64,000 nt of DNA from Eledone cirrhosa (lineage: Eukaryota): positions 45,012,001 through 45,076,000 of the forward strand of contig OZ024746.1 of assembly GCA_964016885.1 (NCBI GenBank), given 5' to 3'. Below the pieces are notes generated by a model that had not been told where the DNA came from, made no database searches, and was given only the letters and a program-made list of their open reading frames with translations. Both the position numbers and the translations under genes were made by a program. Numbering within the stretch: position 1 is the first letter of the stretch; every line of letters starts with the position of its first letter. Shown here one piece after another: positions 53,447-64,000 of this stretch.

Positions 53447-54318
53447 ATGGTTTACCATTCGATTAATTGGTGAAATATATTTCTTTAATGGAATATATAC
53501 AGGGAAGATTAATCATATTATAAGGTATCTATTTTTGAAGTTCTGGTTAACTTTATTTAGTTACCTACCTAGCTATGTGTGCTTACACACTTGTAAAAAT
53601 TATCTCCTGTGATTATTCATGTTTATTTATATGTTAATCAATTTCTAGTTATTATAAAATGCTCAGACCTATTCGTTAGAATCTTAGAGCTTATTTTGCT
53701 GGTGATATGGCGCATGTCTTTCTGGCATGACACCCATAATTTTGATTATCTTAATTTTGGATATAGATATATAAATACGGCTCCTTAATTGTAGAGCTAA
53801 CTCTGTTGAAAGGATTTGACTGCTGTTTCTAGTTGTCGATAACCCTATTCACGCCACTGTGACGAAGCTGGTATGATGTGTTTATTTCTAGTAGATACAG
53901 CCCGTGTTACTGGCCAGTCGCTGATTTGAACTTGAAGTGTAAACATAGATAGCTGGACTTCTTCTTTGTTGAAAATCCAAGTACCGGCCTCCATGGTTTA
54001 CCATTCGATTAATTGGTGAAATATATTTCTTTAATGGAATATATACAGGGAAGATTAATCATATTATAAGGTATCTATTTTTGAAGTTCTGGTTAACTTA
54101 TTTAGTTACCTACCTAGCTATGTGTGCTTACACACTTGTAAAAATTATCTCCTGTGATTATTCATGTTTATTTATATGTTAATCAATTTCTAGTTATTAT
54201 AAAATGCTCGGACCTATTCGTTAGAATCTTAGAGCTTATTTTGCGGGTGATATGGCGCATGTCTTTCTGGCATAACACCCATAATTTTGATTATCTTAAT
54301 TTTGGATATAGATATATA
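53447..54318. repeat. ~325-bp direct repeat at 546-bp period
   Basis: 53447-53773 closely matches 53993-54318; flanked by TA repeats. Confidence 0.92.
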
Positions 54319-54332
54319 TATATAGATATATA

Positions 54333-54567
<235 letters not shown>

Positions 54568-54614
54568 ATGTATATATGAAAAGCATCAAAGTTTCTTTCA
54601 TTTCTTTATTTCAG

Positions 54615-54973
54615 ATTGTATTAAAGAACTGCATATCAATTTTGACAATGGCATAGAAGATAGTTCGTCTTTCCTTCAGACAATTGCAAACATGAATGTA
54701 AATACAGAAAATGGTAAGGGAATATTTAATGGTGGAAAATTGACACTTTGGCGATATAACGGTTATTCATTTCCTAATGGAATCACGTTTCATTTATCCT
54801 ACAAAAGATCTGACTCTACAGAAGGGTTGCAGGCAATTTTTATGAGTTGCGATGAAAATAATCAGAAAGCCAATCTTGGCATTATGCTGAATGCTACCTC
54901 TGCTACAGAAGACAAAGTGCATATCTTTGTTCGTCCATATAGTCAAAACAGTGAATTGGTATTTTCATCGAAG
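54615..54973 (+). CDS. Pif/BMSP-like protein exon: ConA-like/laminin-G domain, N-terminal part
   Basis: tttcag|...AAG|gtatgt, phase 1-0; CIKELHINFDNGIEDSS...NMNV...GKGIFNGGKLTLWRY...LQAIFMSC, matching the LamG pattern of molluscan Pif-like proteins as recalled. Confidence 0.9.
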
Positions 54974-55009
54974 GTATGTATATTTGTATGTGCGTATATA
55001 TATAAATAA

Positions 55010-55064
<55 letters not shown>

Positions 55065-55206
55065 TTCTACAGGACTAGAACTGTTTCATTCGATTGAACC
55101 CGGGACTCGCACGAGCGCACATACACACACGCACAGATACACACACATACACACACACGCGCTCACACACACGCGCGAATGCACACACACACACACACAC
55201 ATACAC

Positions 55207-55237
<31 letters not shown>

Positions 55238-55253
55238 CATATATATACATACA

Positions 55254-55328
<75 letters not shown>

Positions 55329-58132
55329 ATATGATATAAATGCCTTCTGTTTATATTAAATGGACATAAATTGCTTCGAGCTAAAAACCACACGCTTAAT
55401 GAGAACGCCACTAAATATTAAATCACGCTCACACATGCAGTTTCATTATATATCCTTATACAGATTGATCAGAGTTCATATCTGTGATTTCCATATTGGT
55501 TTGATACACCTCGTACCTTACATTCAAATTTGCAGTGAATAATCTCAAAATGTTTCAGATTAAGCCATTATATAACAATTATTTTGCTTATGCAAATATT
55601 CTTAATTACATTATGAAAGATTATTATTCAGCTTCTGTTTATTTGAAGTTTACGCAACACTAGACACACATATGCATAGGATATGTGCAGATAATGTATT
55701 TTATTTTGTTTCTACTTTAATACACGTGAAAACGAAGGAGCTGTCTGCTACACAGAATCTAATAGATCATATATTCAGTTTATTAATTCACGGGTAAAAG
55801 GCTAGATGATTAAACATAACAACTGAGTATTTGTAACGAGTTAAGAAGTGAAGTATATTAAATCAATTAATTAAAAGAAATATATAACATTCATTATAGT
55901 AGCTAGTCACCATGCATGACTTATAGTTAAATTTAATTATTTCCTCTAAAAGTTAAAGCAGCATTAGTACTTGGATTTATGTGAACAAAAATAAAATTAA
56001 TCTCCATTTTTTCATTCAATTGCAAGAGTTTATTTTCATATTGATTTCGGTAGATATTTCTTTGCGATAAGGCGAACTACCTACTTTTAATTACAGAGGT
56101 AATAAACTTGACTGAATCTTAAAACCATATGAGACTACAAATAGATATGAATTATATTCACTCAGGCGTGAAGCGTTAATTTATTAGAAGTACTGCGGCC
56201 ATCGGAAAGTATTTGCATATGCTCTTAAACAACTCCTAATGAAACATTTCATTAATTCATAATAATTTATCATCCTTTGTATTGATCAATTTTGTCCCCT
56301 GTGACGTTTTCTATTAGTAAATATCAAAGTCCAACTTACCCTCAATGTATGTATTTAAATTTTACTACCATTATAGTATTCATCCGTTTCTTTCATTATA
56401 TTAATAGCTATATATTTCCAGATATAGACATACACTGTAATTGGAAATGGCTGAAATACAGCTCTCGCCAAAAGTAATAGTATACATTATATAGTGGTTG
56501 CATTGATAATTACTTTTCAATTATTAGCTTATTTCTAAAGGTCATAAATAATAAAGTGCGGTTATAATTACAAACATCAAATTAAAATTGCTTAACACAT
56601 AAATGAGCAGACATGGTTAATGTGAAAATATTTATAATACTTGGTTTGATTTCTCTTGCTCTCTAGACAAAGGTTTCAAAAATATTAGTTGTAGAAAATG
56701 CGATTTTGAATTTTACGGAATTAATCTTGAAAACCATTATCTAAATTAAAACTTTCATAATATATATTATAACTTTCATAATATATCACTGAAAGTATCA
56801 TCCGTCTCAATATTTGAGATATATGTTGATAGGTGGAAACTTTGTTAAGAACGTTGTTAAATTCTCTATAACATATTCAGGTAAGCATCAATTATAAACC
56901 CAATGTTGTAGTATACGTTTTCTTCAAACTTGCTTTATCTAATTTAGACGAGTTTTCACAGTTAACGTATTTTGTTAGAAACGAAAGCTTTGACTCGATG
57001 GCACGCATAATTACGTTAGTTATCTTGGCTACTGTGACGCTATTTGAAAAATTAAAATTTAACTCAGCAAATATTATATAAAAATATTACTATTATGAAA
57101 ATAACTAAGCATGAAGATCTGTGGAATGTCGTAACATAATCCAACAACAATTCATTAATGGTTGTATTGAGTTTTGTCAACTGACCGTGACCATGTTGAG
57201 ACTCTATTGTCAAAGATATTGTTGACTATAGACTCTCCTCCCTACAATATTTATCTGATAGCCATTTGTTCAATCTTGGAAGAATAAAGGTAAATCGATC
57301 CAGTTGAAAATAATGCGTAACGTTCTGTAATCAAATACAGCAAAGCAATTTTTGTTCTTTCGATTCTGATATCTATCATTCCTAGGATAAATTATATTTT
57401 TGTATATGCGGTGTCTCAGCATGGCCTAAACCGGATGGCTGGAACAGGTAAAAGAGTAAAAGAGAATCTCAAAGAGATTTACTTACCTAATGTATTAAAG
57501 ACATAACGTTAGCATGTATCTTGGCGTTCTTTGATAAAAGTACAGTCGATGTAATATATGTGAATTACAAGTTTACACAACGTAGTAAAGAATCTAATAT
57601 TCTATACCTTACATATTGATATGCCATGTTTTGCTTGTGCAATATACTTGTATGGCATCCATTGGTTATGAAAGCTGATATTCCATGTTACAATAGGTAT
57701 ACTCACTGTCATCCTTTCATGCATAATTCTTCGTAGTCATAATTACGTCTTGCTGTACGAGCACAACTAAACATATTTGGTCTCTTCCATATAATGTTTT
57801 GATAATATTAATATATTCAGTGGTTATTTTAAAGGAAGAGGTTACTAAAATGATATATAACATCAAAATAAAATTTAATATTACAAAATGAAGATGTAAA
57901 TACAACATTGTTTACTTCACGGTGAAATTCAAGTATATACCAATTTGACTACATGATGGGTAGAAAAATATCATAGATATCTACTCTGATTCGAGAAAGG
58001 CCAGTGTAAAAATAAGGTTTTATATCCAATCTAAATATCCTTGATCATATGACAAGAAAACTTTATAATATAATTATTTGTTATTGAATAACTACTCATT
58101 TTATTAATAATATATTTTTCAATTATTTACAG

Positions 58133-58223
58133 AAATCCGAGTGGAACGATGTAAAATTCTGGTTCGACAATTATTACCTGAATGCAACAGTAAATCATAA
58201 GACCAAATCTATTGAAGTTTCAG
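58133..58223 (+). CDS. Pif/BMSP-like protein exon: LamG middle part
   Basis: tttacag|...|gtaaat, phase 0-1; KSEWNDVKFWFDNYYLNATVNHKTKSIEVS (W..V...FD...L...VN motif). Confidence 0.88.
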
Positions 58224-59566
58224 GTAAATGTAATTGTGTACCAATTACGTGCGGCTATTTGTGGTTTTCAATAATGATCCATGCAAATTACAGGGTGTAG
58301 GTGATCAGATAGTTGGATATCATCATAAAAACAAAACATTAAAATTTTTCTGACTCAGTTTATTTAACTTTCGAAATAAATCTTATTTCCAGCTTCTAGA
58401 ACTAAAAACAACAGAAACTATGAAGAAACTATATGTTGCTTTCAAAGACAAAAGCAACACCAGATTTAAGAGCTAGCTAAATCCGGCCCTTAATTTCCAC
58501 AGAACCCATCCATTACTTATATTCAGATCCTCAGAAAGTTCACATAATACATCTGCCTAGTGTTATATGTCTACACCATGTACATCATCTAAAGGTGTTA
58601 TTTCTATTACATTAGAATAAGTTTGAAAATATGCAAGGGATGATTATAATCGATTGAATCGACTTCAATATGTTCTGAGGATGAAATTAAAACTTCAAGG
58701 CATTTATACATTCACTTTCCAGTTTCTTCTGATCTACTATCCATATAAGAAGACATCGATTTAACATTAGCATGAGGCACCCAATGCGGTATCCAGTCGA
58801 CCAAATCGACGTCATAGTGAGGCAGACATGAAAAGAAACATAATTGTAATTTAAACAACTAGTTGAGTTAAGTAGCATTAGGAAATTTAATAATTGCAGT
58901 AGTAACAACATAATTTCTCTCACAAAATTTGAGAAATCAAATTTACTTGCAATTTGATAATATGGAGGAGAGCTAAACCACGATGAGTATAGGGTGATCA
59001 AGGTTGTATTCCATTTTGAATGTGTTTTGACGTGAAATAATCAAAATAATATAAAAATGTTGGTATGTCTCGGCATTGTAACCTCCACTTCACACTCTAT
59101 ACAATGACAACATATTGGCAATTTCTTGAATACGTCTAAATGATGTAATTCCTCGTGACCTTATTACATTTGACACACATAGTGTTCCTTGCTTGCTTTT
59201 CCCCCATACCAATCTATGAAGATATTAACTTTAATTTAAAAGAGAGGCATTCTCAATCAATATTCCGAGAATACGTGTCTTATTCGGCAGACATCATCGG
59301 TCAAATCTTGACAATTTATACATCTTTAGATCCTATTCTAGTTGCTCAGGAAATTCTAATTTCGACTGAGATATAGGTTTGGGAATAAATTATTTTTGTA
59401 GAAAGTCACTCAAATTTTGTTTTTACTCACAAATACCTTTTTTAAAGTGTGACAGCTACTAACCCCACTCCATCTGATTTAAATACTTGTCTTGTTTATA
59501 TGCAATATCTTGATTCCCATTCCCACCAGTTTATTAATGATTTACATGGACACTTTCTATATTCTC

Positions 59567-59571
<5 letters not shown>

Positions 59572-59650
<79 letters not shown>
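59572..59650. repeat. (CT)n microsatellite
   Basis: Direct reading. Confidence 0.95.
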
Positions 59651-59660
<10 letters not shown>

Positions 59661-60235
59661 TACACATAATACATCAATCTATTTATCTACCTACCTACAC
59701 ACACATGTACTCTCACACGCACCCGGGTGTGTAAGGGACATATACCATAAGAATAGAGGAAACATAAGTATGGTATAATATAGTACATGCCTATAGTCGA
59801 AGAAAACTGTGCTCTATGCTTAGAGATGCAATGTTAAATATTATAGTGGGGTTAATATTTAAGGAGAGTTAAATGCAAGCAGAGCGGGTATAATCTAAGT
59901 ACATGAATATTGTAGTATATATACTCATGCATATGTCAACCTGTTATATTATAATTGTACTACGAGATGAAACACAGTGTAAGAAGAAAATATTGTTTTA
60001 AGTGTATTGCCTCTCCTCCATATATATATATATATGTAGATAAATCTACCAAAAATTTACGGTAGTGTCCAATCCGTATGAATAACTCAATGTAATCCGG
60101 ATATCATGAAAAGAGAAGATGTATTCAAAAACTATTTTCGGTGCAAATTAACGGAAAACAGAGTCAAGATAATTTATATATATATATATATATATATATA
60201 AATATAAATGGAAATATATATATAAACAGAAATTA

Positions 60236-60279
<44 letters not shown>

Positions 60280-60410
60280 GTGAGGTTTTTTTTACAAAAT
60301 GAAAAATAACCGAGGTGTCCTACACGAGTGGAAGTATAAAGAAAAAGAGATGAAATCGAAAATGCAACTGAAGTCTTATTTTTTTTTTAAATATATATAT
60401 TTATTTGGTT

Positions 60411-60448
60411 CCTTTACCGGTTTCGCAGTTCTTCTGCTTTTCAAAAGG
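60411..60448 (-). ncRNA. Type I minimal hammerhead ribozyme with a compensatory U3:A8 core
   Basis: Minus strand: CCTT-TTGAAAA-GCAGaagaaCTGC-GAAA-CCGG-TA-AAGG. Stems I and II pair and stem III is palindromic. Confidence 0.7.
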
Positions 60449-60452
60449 TGAG

Positions 60453-60488
<36 letters not shown>

Positions 60489-60492
<4 letters not shown>

Positions 60493-61020
60493 GGAAAAAA
60501 GGAAACGAAATTTCATTTCTCACTCTTAGTACGGCTGTTACTTAAATATACATATATTTAAGTAACAGCCGTACTAAGAGTGACAAATGAAATTTCGTTT
60601 CATTTTCTCCGTTTATCGTGTTCGGTGCCCCGGCCGATTAACTCACTCGATATGCAAATTAGGCTGCTCAGCCGTTAATATGCATAAGGAAATTATATAC
60701 TTTCAGACGGTCAATCATCTGGCAGGAAGGTATACGTTGCTGAACGATAACTAATAAGCTTGAAACTAGTACAGCGTTCCTTTGTCAGTGTTGAACAAAT
60801 GAGCAACGATGGTTGCTAGACACTGTACGCCTTAATTCGGAATGTTTGTTTACAAACACACCGAGCATTATAATAAATGTTAGGTGAATCCATACGTACA
60901 AATATATATATATATATATGTGTGCATGTATGTATATACATATATATATGTGTGCATGTATGTATATACATACTACTGTACGCCTGTATACATATATGTA
61001 TGTACGTATACATACTTATA
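60489..61020 (+). mobile_element. Third copy of the hammerhead repeat, with a 5' fold-back (60489-60614)
   Basis: Colinear with 23110-23550. The hammerhead at 60735-60776 has stem I CGTTG/CAGCG and core CTGAACGA. Confidence 0.8.
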
Positions 61021-62492
61021 TATATATATATATATGATGCCCGTGCTGAATCGGGGGTAAACACAATGCATAATGTACTCAATACATTAGTATGCTCTAG
61101 TCCTGTAGAAGTCATTTCTCTATTAAACATGATGTATATATATATATATATAGGCTTGTTGGTTCACCACTGGATAGAACTGGTCATTCCGTATGGTCAA
61201 TCCTGGTGTAATATTGTGAAGAGTACTCAACGCAGTAGTTCACCCACCTTCGTTTGTGTAGTTGGTGGTGCGAATACGGAGTTAATTATAAATGAAATAA
61301 AATAACCCGGACAAACTGGGATTTTAAAATAATTTTGGTCTATTTGCACTTTTCATTGTGTTGCTACCTTCGACTTGTGTGGTGGCTTTTCCCGGCTGCG
61401 CGCTGGGCACTCGGAAAGTTCAGCCTTCCTTGAGTGCTCGGAAAAATAAATTTCTCCTCTTTCGGTAAACGAAATTACTCGAGCGTCTTGCTTTGCCCCA
61501 TTCCCACCGCGCCGCCTTTTTTGGCCGCCACATTATACTTGTACCTACAAACTCCAGGTTTGGTCACAACTATTAGCTGTATCATGCCTCTACTGGCACG
61601 TAAATAAACCCCTCATGTGTGATTTAATAGTATTCGTTTGGTATAGACGATGGCCTGTCGAAATTGTGGAGTTCCCGCTAGCGCTCCCGGGGCCTAAAGT
61701 AGCTACGTTCCTAGAGTACTCGAAAAAATTAATTTCCATTTCTTTCGCTGGACGATACCACTCGAGACTGGCTGACTCATGGTGGGCGGTGTGCTGGCTG
61801 GGTCTCCCAATCGAAATCTTTACTCTATATCCCATCCTAATATATTATCGAGATAAATTGTTTCATATAAGTCTCTCTCTGTAAGTTCATTAAATAAGAA
61901 AATCTCGCTACCATAATCTTTAATTCTCTAATAATTTATTTTTCAATTTATCATGTTGCAATTTAATATTTTTAATTTAATTTAATTTCATTCGCAACCT
62001 AAATTTAATTTCATTCGCAACATAAATTTAACGTTCCAATCTTCGGTTCACACATTAGACCATACAGACACCCATTATAGATTCTTTGGGTAGCATTTTT
62101 TCGCGGCATTTTCTAGCATGAATGTAGTATGACCCTTACACTACACTTCTTTCTCCATTTCTTTCTTCCTTCTCATTCTTCTTTGACGGAGTGGTGGTAG
62201 TTCTTTATAAGCCTTCGCCCCCTCACCCGATATTCATTAGTAGATTCAGTTGCCAACACTCTGAGGGCGACTGGCCGAGAAGCTAGCTGGTCAGTCGCCC
62301 TCTTTGTCTCTGTCTTTGATTTTTCGGACACATGGTTTTTAACATATCCCTTTTATTATATTCCAATACCTGATGATATCACCGGATTCATATGGAACCC
62401 GATCATTGAGATGATCATAGTATAATAAACTTTCAACGATTTACACCAGTCCAGCCTCCATTCATATATATATATATGTGTGTATATATATA

Positions 62493-62561
<69 letters not shown>

Positions 62562-62685
62562 ATAATAATAAATTTTAAGACTAAAATCCAAAGAGGGCTC
62601 GATAAGGATAAATATATATCAAATATATAAGAACCGTAGAGCAAATATTAGTAGATTCTGTTATTTTAATAAACCTGTTATGTTA

Positions 62686-62737
<52 letters not shown>

Positions 62738-63092
62738 TTATAAATGTGTGTGTTTGTGTGTGTATGTATTCGTGAGTGAGTAATGATAATATTATACTAA
62801 TATCATTAACATTCGGTTTGTTTACAAGTAAACAGCCTCATAAAACACCACGTGGTAGATGAACAACTTCATCCTTTTGTTCCACTGAGAGAAGACAATC
62901 AACAATTGACAATTGTTTCGGATTACCTTGCTTCGTGTCAACATTGTATATTCTGCTTTAGATAGCCGATGTATACATTTGAGAATATTAAGTATTCTCA
63001 GCAGTTCCAGGGAGTAGCAGTTCCAGATGGACGGGATTAATTTCATCTCAATTTCACACACCGGTAATTATAATTCACAATTTCTCCTACAG

Positions 63093-63175
63093 AATATACT
63101 ATGCAGAGTGGAGGATACAATATTCTGTTTGGTGCATGCAAACCACTGAAGCCTTTTGTAGGATATATGGATGAT
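63093..63175 (+). CDS. Pif/BMSP-like protein exon: LamG C-terminal part
   Basis: ctcctacag|...|gtaagt, phase 1-0; (E)YTMQSGGYNILFGACKPLKPFVGYMDD, matching the LamG 'G....F.G..DD' motif. The terminal exon was not found in the window. Confidence 0.88.
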
Positions 63176-63563
63176 GTAAGTAGCATTTCTTTGTTCGATG
63201 GGGAATTAACTGTTAGAGTGAATTGGCATCTAGATATAACACATATATATATATGTATATAATTAGTTATTGTGTGAAATACCTTGATGTAAAGTGAAGG
63301 ACAATGTCTTGATTGCAAGAAATTTGACCGTTACAAAGAATCGTATTCACCCCTGCAAATATATATATATATATATATATACGATGTTAATAAATTGAAA
63401 CTATATTTATAAAACCATATTTACTTCATTATATATATTTCAAGGATACCAAGTTACATTATGGTATGCCTTCATCAGACAAAATACAATATATAACAGT
63501 TTTATAAATAGACATTGACGTACCCCTTTTAAAAATTGACCCTTGATTTTGGAGGCCATCAGG

Positions 63564-64000
<437 letters not shown>

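Noticed and set aside
62822-63318. Minus-strand ORFs
   Set aside because: No recognisable motifs; the real coding signal is the + strand exon at 63093-63175.

Overview
AT-rich, microsatellite-saturated animal genomic DNA. The tRNA-type SINE, the Penelope load and the host gene point to a coleoid cephalopod, probably an octopod (inference). One host gene was assembled by hand on the + strand from five phase-compatible GT-AG exons (37014-37182, 46568-46717, 54615-54973, 58133-58223, 63093-63175). They give 284 codons with no stop in the window: signal peptide, one 4-Cys chitin-binding-like module and a ConA/laminin-G domain, i.e. a minimal Pif/BMSP-like secreted matrix protein. The rest is mostly transposon-derived: a near full-length Penelope-like element with pseudo-LTRs, a truncated Penelope with ~1 kb inverted arms, many fold-back Penelope remnants in (TA)n, an R4/Dong-type RLE retrotransposon in (CATA)n, RTE and Tx1-like LINE pieces, a decayed hATm-type transposon, Helitron ends and SINEs. 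The most unusual signal is a set of minimal type I hammerhead ribozymes in several unrelated repeat families. They include a retrozyme-like ~445-bp non-coding unit and cores with non-canonical bases (U3:A8 swap, A13C shared by a whole family, U4A). Most of the provided ORFs are microsatellite artefacts.
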